Shown in pieces: positions 1 through 8,692 of a DNA stretch of 37,478 nt (positions are counted from its first letter, which is position 1; the number at the start of each line of letters is the position of its first letter). This stretch comes from Actinopolymorphaceae bacterium (GTDB lineage Bacteria; Actinomycetota; Actinomycetes; Propionibacteriales; Actinopolymorphaceae). The notes under the pieces are model-generated. The model had not been told where the DNA came from. It was given only the letters and a program-made list of their open reading frames with translations, and did no database searches. The stretch lies in contig JBOHED010000647.1 of assembly GCA_050700915.1 (NCBI GenBank), forward strand, positions 1 through 37,478, read 5' to 3'. The position numbers and the translations under genes were made by a program.

Positions 1-111
1 CGCAGCGACAACGCGAAGACGAAGGCGACAACGTGAGCACGAAGACAACCGACCGACACCGGCCCGAGCAGAACTACATCCTCATCCTCGGCGACGCCTA
101 CGTCCTCATTT

Positions 112-1607
112 TCAATGTCGGGCAACAAGTGGGACGTCGTAGCGGGCGGCAAGGTCCTTGATGGTGGGGAGTTGGTCGCCTGTCTTGAGGATGCCGGACG
201 CGATGGCGCCGCGCAGGTCGGCGGCGATCTTCTCGTACGGTCCGCGCGGTTCGGCAGGTTTCTGCGCTGGCTGCCCGGCCTCTAGCGATGTCACGTGGGT
301 CTCGGACGCTTGGCGGCGTGATGCCATGCGGGTTGTCAGGGTCTTGCGGCGCGTTGGTCGGCTTCGGATGACCAGACGGCATAGACGCGGAGCGTGGTGG
401 CGCCGCCACCGTCGTGGCCGAGCCGGCCAGCAATCGTACGGACGTCGACGCCGGCGCGAAGTAGTTCAGTCGCTGAGTAGTGCCGAAGCTTGTGCAGAGT
501 GGTCTCGATGCCGAGCCGCTGGACCATCCGGTCATACCGCTGGGTCACCGAGGCCGGCACGAGCGGCGTGCTGACGTCGGGGGAGTGGGAGAAGATGTAC
601 GTGCCCGGGCCGAGTCGAAGGTCAAGACTCTGCGCTCGTTCGATGCCGCGTGCACAGTGTTCTCTGAGGACCTTGACTGTTTCGGCGTCGAGGACGATCC
701 GTCGTTGCTGGTGGGTCTTGGTGTCCTTCTCCTTCAGGCTTCCGTCGTCGTCGGCGTAGAGCGCACGACGCAGTGTGACAAGGAGGAGTCGAGGTCAACG
801 GTGGACCATCCCAGAGCGCAGAGCTCCCCTCGGCGTGCGCCGGTGGTCATCGCGGTCCAGACGAAAGCGCCCCAGTCCGGGTCGCGTCGGAACGCTTCCT
901 CGACGATACGTGCCGCGTCCTGCGCCGATGGCGGCTGAGGGTCCGGGGTCGGCAGGCGGGCGGTTCGGCGCTATCTGCTGGGTTGAGTGCGATCCAACCC
1001 CACCGCACGGCGCGCTGGAAGGCAGAGCTGAGGATCCAGTGGACACCCCGAATGCTCGAGTCGGAGAGTGGACGGCACTGGTGTGGCTTGCAGGTCCGTT
1101 GGCAGTGTCGGCAATCGGCATCGGGAGGTGAGCACGGATCACCGTCGTGCTCGTCGCAGGTGTGGTTCCACGTCGTCCGGTGCTGTAGGTGCCGGCGGCC
1201 GCGGCAGTGGTCGCGACATCTCCGGAGGTCGGCGTACAGCGACTCAAGGATCTCAGCGTCGGTTCGACCGACCTGCGTCGTGCCCAGTAGCGGCCGGATA
1301 TGTTTGTTGATCTTTGTCAGGTAGCCGCGTCGGGTGCTCGTCTCCACATCTAGAACTTCGAGCCACCTATCGAGCAGCTGGTTGAGGGTTGCGGACGTCT
1401 TCGGATTGCGCCGCTGATCGACTTGGGCGAGGAGGCGAGTGAGTGCCTTCTCTGCTGAGTCACCAACCTTCTTTCCAGGTGCGATCGTCTCCGTGAGATA
1501 GCGCCGGGTCTTCGTCACTGGGTCGATGCCTGCGTAGACCTTGACCCGAAGGGCACCGGACGGCAGCTCCTCGATGCTCCCGCGCCGACGGTTCCGGCGC
1601 TGGTCAA
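112..1607 (-). pseudogene. Tyrosine recombinase/integrase with C-terminal GntR-type HTH, frameshifted and 3'-truncated
   Basis: Pieced across frames: N-terminal RGSIEELPSGALRVKVYAGIDPVT, then TTGARRGELCAL (catalytic Arg box), KDTKTHQQRR, HKLRHYSATELLRAGVDVRTIAGRLGH...TTLRVY (HxxR, H, Y), then YEKIAADLRGAIASGILKTGDQLPTIKDLAARY (GntR wHTH). Single-base losses near 955, 782 and 342 break the frame, and there is no in-frame start after the tRNA. Pseudogene or sequencing error. Confidence 0.85.
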
Positions 1608-1610
1608 CGG

Positions 1611-1686
1611 TGGCGCGCCCGGGAGGATTCGAACCTCCGACCAACGGATTAGAAGTCCGGTGCTCTATCCACTGAGCTACGGGCGC
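1611..1686 (-). tRNA. tRNA-Arg (anticodon TCT)
   Basis: Reverse complement GCGCCCGTAGCTCAGTGGATAGAGCACCGGACTTCTAATCCGTTGGTCGGAGGTTCGAATCCTCCCGGGCGCGCCA: 76 nt, D-loop, anticodon loop CT-TCT-AA, GGTTCGAATC T-loop, encoded CCA. Confidence 0.97.
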
Positions 1687-1816
1687 GGGCGCGGCTAGAA
1701 CTCTACCGAGGAGCGGAACTGATCGTTCCCTGGACCGGGTGGCTGCCCGGCACGACCCGACCGCCGTGAGGGCGTACCGTCGGTGTCGGCAACCTTCGGG
1801 CGAGAAGGGAAACGAC

Positions 1817-3103
1817 ATGGCGGACGCCACGATCATGGTCCGGCTGGCCTATGGCGACGACGGACTCGACGTACGCCTGCCCGCCGAGCGCACCGCGCTG
1901 GTCCAGCCGCGCTACCGTCCCGGGGTTGCCGACCCGGGCGCCACCCTTACCGAAGCCCTCCGCCGTCCGGTGGCCGGACCGCCGCTGCGTGAAATGGTCC
2001 GCAAGGGCCAGACAGTCGCCATCTCCGCGTGCGACATCACCCGGCCGCAGCCCCGGCAGCTGATGATCCCGGCCGTACTCGCCGAGCTGGCCGCGGTCGT
2101 ACGCCCGGATGACATCACCATCCTGGTCGCCACCGGCACGCATCGGGCCAACACCGACGCCGAGCTGCGCGCGATGTTCGGCGACGAGGTGGCAGGTAGC
2201 GTCCGGATCCTCAACCACGACGCGCGAAACGACGCGGATCTCGTCTGGTGCGGACGCCACGGCGAGGATGTGCCCGTGTGGCTCAACCGGGCCTGGGTCG
2301 ACGCCGACGTACGCCTCACGACAGGGTTCGTCGAGCCGCACTTCTTCGCTGGCTTCTCCGGCGGACCCAAGCTGGTGGCGCCGGGTCTGGCCGGACTGCA
2401 GACCGTACTGACCCTGCACGACGCCGTTCGGATCGGCGACCCGCGCGCCACCTGGGGGATCATCGAGGGCAACCCCGTGCACGACGACGTACGAGCGATC
2501 GCCGCGGCCACCGGGGTCGACTTCGCGTTCGACGTGATCCTCAACCGTGACCAGGAGATCGTCGGTGCGTACGCGGGGGAGCTGTTCGCCATGCACCGGG
2601 CGGCGTGCGCGGCGGCGAAGGACAACGCGATGGCGCCGGTCGACGCGGCGTTCGACGTCGTACTGACCACCAACTCCGGTTTCCCGCTCGACCAGAACCT
2701 CTACCAGGCTGTCAAGGGGATGTCTGCCGCGGCGGAGGTCGTACGGCCGGGTGGCGTGATCGTGTGCGCGGCGGAGTGCCGCGACGGATTCCCCGACCAC
2801 GGCTCCTACCGTGAGGTGCTCACCTCGGCACCGTCGCCCGAGTCGTTGCTCGAACGCATCGCCGCCCGCAGCCACACGGTCCCCGACCAGTGGCAGGTGC
2901 AGGTCCAGGCGAGGATCCAGGCGAAGGCCCGCGTGGTGGTCCACAGTGCGTACCTGTCGGCGGACGACCTGCGCGCGGCCCACCTGGACCACACTGCCGA
3001 CGTCGAGAAGACAGTGGCGGAGGCGCTCCACGCCGCCGGCGACAGCGCGCGGGTCTGCGTACTCCCGGAGGGCCCGCAGACAATCCCCTACCTGGCTGGC
3101 TGA
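1817..3103 (+). CDS. larA: LarA-family nickel-pincer-dependent lactate racemase / hydroxy-acid epimerase
   Basis: Motifs DITRP, ATGTHR, NHD, EPHFFAGFSGGPK, PLDQNLYQAVKG. Start chosen at ATG 1817 after AAGGGA RBS. Confidence 0.85.
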   Translation: MADATIMVRLAYGDDGLDVRLPAERTALVQPRYRPGVADPGATLTEALRRPVAGPPLREMVRKGQTVAISACDITRPQPRQLMIPAVLAELAAVVRPDDITILVATGTHRANTDAELRAMFGDEVAGSVRILNHDARNDADLVWCGRHGEDVPVWLNRAWVDADVRLTTGFVEPHFFAGFSGGPKLVAPGLAGLQTVLTLHDAVRIGDPRATWGIIEGNPVHDDVRAIAAATGVDFAFDVILNRDQEIVGAYAGELFAMHRAACAAAKDNAMAPVDAAFDVVLTTNSGFPLDQNLYQAVKGMSAAAEVVRPGGVIVCAAECRDGFPDHGSYREVLTSAPSPESLLERIAARSHTVPDQWQVQVQARIQAKARVVVHSAYLSADDLRAAHLDHTADVEKTVAEALHAAGDSARVCVLPEGPQTIPYLAG

Positions 3104-3263
3104 TCCGGGCGGGCTGATCCGACGATGTGACCTCGCCTCCTACGACCGCATTTTGTCCACAGCAGCCGTTTCGGCATGGTTTTCCACACCCTGCTTCGGC
3201 CGGGACCCCCGGCTGATCGTGACCCGCCATCGTGGTGACCACAGCTCACGAGAAGGGTCAGAC

Positions 3264-3427
3264 ATGAACGAGACGATGATCAGCATCGCCGGCAACGTCG
3301 CCACCGAGATCCGGTTCCTACGCTCTGATCGCGGCACTCCACTGGCGTCGTTCCGGCTCGCATCGACTCCGCGGCGCTACGACCGGAGTCAGGGTGGCTG
3401 GGTCGACGGTCGCACGACGTACGTCAC
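3264..3427 (+). pseudogene. ssb: Single-stranded DNA-binding protein (SsbB-like), 5' half, interrupted by the integrated element
   Basis: MNETMISIAGNVATEIRFLRSDRGTPLASFRLASTPRRYDRSQGGWVDGRTTYV is the N-terminal half of the SSB OB fold. It ends at TGA 3429-3431, which lies in element DNA. Confidence 0.93.
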
Positions 3428-3448
3428 GTGAGTTCAGATTAAGCACGG
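3411..3448 (+). other. attL (B arm + GTCAC core + P' arm)
   Basis: ...cgcacgacgtac GTCAC gtgagttcagattaagcacgg. P' arm contains TGAGT and CACGG, the inverted mates of ACTCA and CCGTG at attR. Confidence 0.88.
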
Positions 3449-3461
3449 TCAGTGCTACCGT
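3433..3461 (+). promoter_or_regulatory. Putative sigma70-type promoter for a leaderless integrase mRNA
   Basis: TTCAGA (3433-3438), 17-bp spacer, TACCGT (3456-3461), 7 nt before ATG 3469. No Shine-Dalgarno. Confidence 0.5.
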
Positions 3462-3468
3462 CAAGCGC

Positions 3469-4863
3469 ATGCGCGCTGTCACGTATCTGCGGATCTCTGA
3501 TGACCGGACCGGCCGGGCTGCCGGCGTGACCCGGCAGGGCGAGGACTGTGACCACCTCGCCGACGCGTCCGGGTGGCCGATCGTCGACCGCTTCGTCGAC
3601 AACGACGTGAGCGCGAGCAACGGCAAGCCGCGTCCTGAGTATCAGCGGATGCTCGCCGCCATCCGTGCCGGCAATGTAGACGCTGTCATCGCGTGGCATC
3701 CCGATCGGCTGTACCGGCGTCCTGCCGACCTCGAGGAGCTGATCGAGATCACCGAGCGGCAACGCGTCACGATCCGCACGGTGCGTGCCGGCGAGCTCGA
3801 TTTATCGACGCCAACCGGGCGCATGGTGGCTCGGATCCTCGGTGATGTTGCTCGGCACGAGATCGAGCACAAGACCGACCGTTGGCAACGATCGGTGATC
3901 CAAAACCGTCGGGCAGGGGAGTGGTCCAACAGCCGCGACCGACTGTTCGGGTACAACCGCGACGGCGAAATCAACCCGGACGAGGCCGAGCGATTGCGGT
4001 GGATCTGCGCGCAGCTGATCAGCGGCCGGTCAATGCTGCGCGTCCTGCAGCAGCTCAACGACGAGGGCGTGCTGACCACCCGCGGCAACACGTGGGCGAC
4101 CAGCGTGCTGCGCCGCTTGCTGCTCAACCCGAGGATTGCCGGGCACGCCACCCACAAGGGCGAGGTCGTCGGCCGCGGCACGTGGGAGCCGATCCTCGAC
4201 GACGCCACGTGGGAAGCGGTCAAGGCGCGTCTGCATCCGTACCGAGCCCGCCCGGTGCGCAAGGCGATCCTGCTCGGCCGGGTGTACTGCTGGAACCCTC
4301 GCGAGAACGGCAAGCCGTGCGCGACCCGAATGGTGACCGGCGGGCGCAGTCGAAAGACCCACTCGGGCAGCCGCATTTACGAGTGCCCGCGGACGCCGCC
4401 CTACGACACCGGGTGCCGTGGGCTCACCGTCGCCGCCGAGCCGCTCGAGCTCTACGTCGAGACGTTCGCCAAAGCGCAGCTCGACGATCCCCGGTTCGTC
4501 GCCCAGGTCGAGGCTCGCCGGGCCGAGGGGGGCCGGGTCGCCGCCGCGCGCAGTGAAGTCGACGCGCTGGGCGCCCGATTGGCCGAGCTCGAAAGCGAGC
4601 TCGCGACTGCCGGCGGACGAGCGGCGAGCGCGATTGTCGCGGCTATTGGCGTTGTCGAGCGCGACCTCGACGCTGCACGCGCCCGCCTTGCTGCCACGTT
4701 CCCGGCCGCGCTGCCAGACATCACCGTCGGATGGCCGACCAACGTTGAGACGCGCGCCGCGCTGATCGGACTCACCTTGGCGCGGGTGCGCATCCTCCCG
4801 AACCCACCGCCGGGCGGCGGCAAGTTCAACCCCGACCGGGTGCGGATCGACCCACCGTGGTGA
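3469..4863 (+). CDS. Large serine recombinase (integrase), 464 aa
   Basis: MRAVTYLRISDD (catalytic Ser10), DNDVSAS..RPEY, DRLYR, recombinase domain (LFGY, LLLNPRIAG), Zn ribbon (C..C / CP..C) and coiled coil. ORF intact. Confidence 0.95.
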   Translation: MRAVTYLRISDDRTGRAAGVTRQGEDCDHLADASGWPIVDRFVDNDVSASNGKPRPEYQRMLAAIRAGNVDAVIAWHPDRLYRRPADLEELIEITERQRVTIRTVRAGELDLSTPTGRMVARILGDVARHEIEHKTDRWQRSVIQNRRAGEWSNSRDRLFGYNRDGEINPDEAERLRWICAQLISGRSMLRVLQQLNDEGVLTTRGNTWATSVLRRLLLNPRIAGHATHKGEVVGRGTWEPILDDATWEAVKARLHPYRARPVRKAILLGRVYCWNPRENGKPCATRMVTGGRSRKTHSGSRIYECPRTPPYDTGCRGLTVAAEPLELYVETFAKAQLDDPRFVAQVEARRAEGGRVAAARSEVDALGARLAELESELATAGGRAASAIVAAIGVVERDLDAARARLAATFPAALPDITVGWPTNVETRAALIGLTLARVRILPNPPPGGGKFNPDRVRIDPPW

Positions 4864-5183
4864 CGATGCTCGTCAATATCCCGTCAGCTTCGTTTCACCT
4901 TGTTTCATTAACATTTTGTGGCGCGCCGAGAGCGTCTGGCGTCTCGCGCATGTGTAATATGGCGCTTACAACTGAACGCATGAGCAGCTAAGCCCCGAGG
5001 GGCGCCTACCTGGCGCGATGCCAGGTGCCGCACGGTTAATGAGGCGCAGGTAAGGGCTGGCGGATTACCGGCGCGATGCCGGGCCGCGGGAAGGCGCGAC
5101 GCCGACCGAGCAGAGCGGACCCAACAGGACGGGTCTGCCTACTTGGCTCGGCGTTTCTGCTTTCCGGAGGGAGATCCGTCGCC

Positions 5184-5405
5184 ATGTCTTACCGTGGGGA
5201 TACCATCCCGGCCCGCGCAGGGCACATGCGTAGCGCCGCTGATCGGCACGCAAGAGATCCGATCAAGCGCGCTAAAGCCGCTCGCATCGTTCGCGCCGCT
5301 TTGAGCCGCGGTCTGCTCACAGCCGCCGATCTCGAGGGCCCGATTGTCCGCCCCGAGGACCTCCACGTGCACGAGGGCGGTGGTCAGCGTGACAAGGCCG
5401 CCTGA
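5184..5405 (+). CDS. Small basic hypothetical protein (73 aa)
   Basis: GGAGG RBS at 5166-5170, ATG 5184. First gene of a coupled rightward operon. Confidence 0.6.
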   Translation: MSYRGDTIPARAGHMRSAADRHARDPIKRAKAARIVRAALSRGLLTAADLEGPIVRPEDLHVHEGGGQRDKAA

Positions 5406-5820
5406 CAAAGGGAATCGCCGCCCGGACGGGAGACCGAGCGGCGACCAGATGACGACCGGCGAGGAAGTCAGAACAACGATAACCGACGCCGCCCCCATCC
5501 CTCGCCAACGTCGCCAGTGTCGCGACGCCGCACGGTTCAGGGCCGCGGGAGTCATCTACTGCCGGTGGCACGGCTGCCCGCTCTGCTACCTCGACGACGG
5601 ATACGGCGGCGACTGTGACCGCTGCACTCGGCTCGCGGCTGCGCTCTACCGCGCCGAGTGGCCCGAGACGGTCGTCGACCCGACCACCGGCCATGACGGC
5701 GAGGACTGCACGCACTGCACGGTTTGTGACGCGTGCCGAGGCTCGGCTGCCGTCTGCTCGGAGTGCGGCCGTTGTGCCGCGCATGCCGCCGACTGCTGGC
5801 AGTGCGGGGGTGGGGCATGA
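5389..5820 (+). CDS. Cys/His-rich putative zinc-binding protein
   Basis: CRWHGCPLC, CDRC, CTHCTVCDAC, CSECGRC, H..CWQC. Stop overlaps the next start (ATGA). Start codon uncertain. Confidence 0.6.
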   Translation: MTRPPDKGNRRPDGRPSGDQMTTGEEVRTTITDAAPIPRQRRQCRDAARFRAAGVIYCRWHGCPLCYLDDGYGGDCDRCTRLAAALYRAEWPETVVDPTTGHDGEDCTHCTVCDACRGSAAVCSECGRCAAHAADCWQCGGGA

Positions 5821-7484
5821 GCCAATACCCGCCCCAACTTTCGGGGAACGTCGTTCAGTTGCCGACGGGCCAGGCACCAACCCGCATCGGTGACGCGCCC
5901 GCCAAGCCGCCGAGGCCGAACCCGATCGCGATCCTGACGAGGCACTTCGAGACCGCGTACCGACTCGTCAACGACAGTGGGCGTGCGTACGCCATACCCG
6001 GCCGGGTCTCCGGGCACCAACTTGAGGCCGAGGGCACGCCCGGCGTTGCGCTCCCCGTTGGCGCCGAGCTGCGCCGCAAGATCGTGCGCGTCGCGCGCCA
6101 CAAGGACGGTTGCGGCATGATCGGCCGCGAGGTCGCCGACAAGGTGCTGCTGCAGCTCGAGGCGAAGGCATTCGAGACCCCGCCAACACCGCTCTCGTTG
6201 CGGTTCGCCGAGCGCCCAAGCACGCCGCACGACGTCTCGCCGCGGGTGTGGCTCGACCTCGGCCGCGCCGATGGTCAGTCGATCGTCGTACGGCGAGACG
6301 GGTGGCGAATCGAGCCCGGTCAAGGGCACCCCGAGGTCGTCTGGCGTCGTACGAAGGCGACCGGGGGCGAGCTACCAATGCCGGTACACGGCGGGCGGCT
6401 CGTCGACCTCGCACCGCTGCTCGACCTCGATCCTGACGGCGACGTGTTCGCCTGCCTGCTCGGGTGGGTGCTCGGGCTGCCGTTTGTGTCGTCGGTGCGG
6501 CCCGGCATCCTGCTGCTCGGCCCGCCCGGCTCGGGCAAGTCGACCCGGTTGCGCCTGGCGGCGTCGGTGTTCGAACCGTCCGATATCGAGGCGCTCGGCA
6601 AGGCGTTCGGCCGCAATATCGACAACGACGAAGTGCGGGCGCTGCATCGAGCCGTGCCGCTGTGGGACAACCTCGGATCGGTCTCGACCACGGCGAGCGA
6701 TTCGTTTTGTTGTCTGGTCACTGGCACCGCTCGCGAGGGGCGCACGCTCTACACCAACGACGAGATCAGCACGCAACCGATCCGCCGGCCGATCGGTATG
6801 ACGGCGGTTGGGCAGCCGGCGGGATTCCAACCCGACGCCCTCGACCGGCTGATCGTGCTCGAGGCGCCGCCCGTTGTCTACAAGGACGACGCCACCGTGC
6901 AAACGGGCATTCGACGCAGCGCTGCCGAGGGTGCTCGGGGCGGTCCTCGACGCCGGTCGGTCGCGCTGCGCTGGCGGGCTCAAGTGAAGGCACCGACTCG
7001 GTACCGCATGGCGGCGCACGCGCACCTACTGACGGCGCTCGACGCCGCGGTTGAGGCTGGCGAGCTGCCCGGCTGTCCGCGCGGTCTGCTCGATCGATAC
7101 GGCACTGCCATGCGCGAAACGCGGGCCAAGACTGTGCGCGACGACAGTTTCGGTGGTCCGCTGCTCGACCTGCTGGAGAAGCAGCCGGACGGGACGTGGC
7201 AGGGCACTGCAACCGAGCTGCTCGGCGCGGTCGCGTGGGCGACTGGGGCCGACAGATTCGCCCCGGGGTGGCCCAAGACAGCGCGTGCCGTACCGAACGC
7301 CTTGAACCACCTTCGCGGCGGTCTTGCCGACCACGGCGCGACGTGGACGACCACCACAGTGCGGGGCAACACCACCCCAAAGGGCACCCCCTACTCACCC
7401 TGGCTGACCTGCGCTTACTCGCCAGGGGGTGCCCGTGGTGCCCGTGGTGCCCTTTGTCCGGGCACCTTGTCTGTTCTGAAATAA
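5817..7484 (+). CDS. P-loop ATPase, replication helicase-like protein of phage/satellite type
   Basis: Walker A GPPGSGKST, Walker-B-like LWDN, R-x-LYTNDE, DALDRLI, C-terminal WQGTATELL...WPKTARA winged-helix-like motif. Apparent compensating frameshift pair at about 6903-6958. Confidence 0.8.
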   Translation: MSQYPPQLSGNVVQLPTGQAPTRIGDAPAKPPRPNPIAILTRHFETAYRLVNDSGRAYAIPGRVSGHQLEAEGTPGVALPVGAELRRKIVRVARHKDGCGMIGREVADKVLLQLEAKAFETPPTPLSLRFAERPSTPHDVSPRVWLDLGRADGQSIVVRRDGWRIEPGQGHPEVVWRRTKATGGELPMPVHGGRLVDLAPLLDLDPDGDVFACLLGWVLGLPFVSSVRPGILLLGPPGSGKSTRLRLAASVFEPSDIEALGKAFGRNIDNDEVRALHRAVPLWDNLGSVSTTASDSFCCLVTGTAREGRTLYTNDEISTQPIRRPIGMTAVGQPAGFQPDALDRLIVLEAPPVVYKDDATVQTGIRRSAAEGARGGPRRRSVALRWRAQVKAPTRYRMAAHAHLLTALDAAVEAGELPGCPRGLLDRYGTAMRETRAKTVRDDSFGGPLLDLLEKQPDGTWQGTATELLGAVAWATGADRFAPGWPKTARAVPNALNHLRGGLADHGATWTTTTVRGNTTPKGTPYSPWLTCAYSPGGARGARGALCPGTLSVLK

Positions 7485-7578
7485 AACGTCAGAGAGTAGT
7501 GACCCGGGAGTGCCGTTACAGAGCGCAAAACCCGCAAGGTGCCCGGGCGAGGGGCACCACGGGCACCACGGGCACCCC
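7426..7578. repeat. 44-bp inverted repeat with GGTGCCC iterons flanking an A/T-richer spacer (candidate replication origin)
   Basis: 7426-7469 is the reverse complement of 7535-7578 with 3 mismatches. Each arm holds tandem 9-mers (GGTGCCCGT). Spacer includes TTCTGAAATAAAA. Confidence 0.8.
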
Positions 7579-7624
7579 TTCTTGCCGGCGAACACACTGC
7601 GTCACCAAAACGGAAGGACTGACC

Positions 7625-7828
7625 ATGCCGATCACCACCCCAGAATCGGGCGACGAGCTCGGCCGCTACCGAGCCGTACGCGACTCGATCAGCCGCAAGA
7701 GCCTGCAGTTGGTCGAGCTGTCCCGGCGCATCGACCCGGCAACCGGACGGCCCTTGCCCGACGATGCGCCTGACCCGGCGGTCGACCTGACTGAGCGCCT
7801 CGGCGGCGACGGACCGGAGGCGGCATGA
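7625..7828 (+). CDS. Hypothetical protein (67 aa)
   Basis: AAGGA RBS, ATG 7625, ATGA overlap with the next ORF. Confidence 0.6.
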   Translation: MPITTPESGDELGRYRAVRDSISRKSLQLVELSRRIDPATGRPLPDDAPDPAVDLTERLGGDGPEAA

Positions 7829-8007
7829 GCACCCCGGGCGACCGCACGCCGCAGACCATCACCCGCATCACCTCATTCGGTGTCGAGGTTGGCGTGCCGT
7901 ACGTCAAGTTTTCCGACCGCGATGCCGAGACCCCCGATTCGACCTACTCGACCGAACACGACCAGAAAGGCGCCGACCATGGCGACGAAGACCGCACCGA
8001 AAACTGA
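7825..8007 (+). CDS. Hypothetical protein (60 aa)
   Basis: GGAGG RBS and ATGA coupling to the previous ORF. Confidence 0.5.
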   Translation: MSTPGDRTPQTITRITSFGVEVGVPYVKFSDRDAETPDSTYSTEHDQKGADHGDEDRTEN

Positions 8008-8692
8008 CACCGCCGCCCGCCTCGCCGAGATCGAGGCCCAAGCCGCCCGGCTACGCGAGCAGGCCGACCGCGAGCAGATCGAACGCGACCGAGCTGCCGG
8101 CGAGGAAGCTGCCCGCCACGACGCCGCCGCCCACGCGTGGTGGCTCGAGCGGCAGCGCACTTTCACTGACCGCACCCGCGGTGTAATCGATGAGGCGTGG
8201 CGTAACTTCCGGGAGGCAGTCCGGCAAGGTCGCCCCGACACGCTCGCGGCATGGGTTGCGTACCGACGGGCGGTCACCGTGGTGCAAGGCGAGCTGCGGG
8301 CCATCCGCGTGTACTTCGTCACCCACCAGCGTGCCGCCGCCGAGGCTGCGCTCGAGCAGTATCGCCGCGTGCATGAGCAGGGTTTCGTGCTGGCACAGGT
8401 GCAGGTACCCCGGGACCTCGACCCGGGTGAGTACCGGGACCGCCTGGCGGCTTACAACCGTGCGGCCAGTGAGTACGAAGGCCGTGAGTTTGCCGACGAC
8501 GCACCACCCCGCCCCAACGAGCTGACCGAGCCGCCCCGGCTACCCGCCACGCTCGGCCTGGACGTGCCCACGCCCGACCCACACGGCGTACACAGCTACG
8601 GCGCAGCGGTCGACGCTGTGGTCACGCAGCTCGAGCAAGAGGCCGCCGCCGACGCCGAGGCAGCCCGACGGGCCGAGCTCGACGCGCTCTAA
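7979..8692 (+). CDS. Helical/coiled-coil hypothetical protein (237 aa)
   Basis: GAAAGG RBS, ATG 7979, Ala/Glu/Arg-rich heptad-like sequence, GC-rich third codon positions. Confidence 0.7.
   Translation: MATKTAPKTDTAARLAEIEAQAARLREQADREQIERDRAAGEEAARHDAAAHAWWLERQRTFTDRTRGVIDEAWRNFREAVRQGRPDTLAAWVAYRRAVTVVQGELRAIRVYFVTHQRAAAEAALEQYRRVHEQGFVLAQVQVPRDLDPGEYRDRLAAYNRAASEYEGREFADDAPPRPNELTEPPRLPATLGLDVPTPDPHGVHSYGAAVDAVVTQLEQEAAADAEAARRAELDAL

Noticed and set aside
33..161. 42-aa plus-strand ORF colliding with the GntR tail
   Set aside because: Too short and at the window edge. It may mark a deletion junction near 130 but cannot be assigned.
847..1836. ORF-track protein of 329 aa reading through the tRNA
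   Set aside because: The N-terminal 75 or so residues are the tRNA and larA upstream region read by chance. Integrase similarity starts only after 1610.
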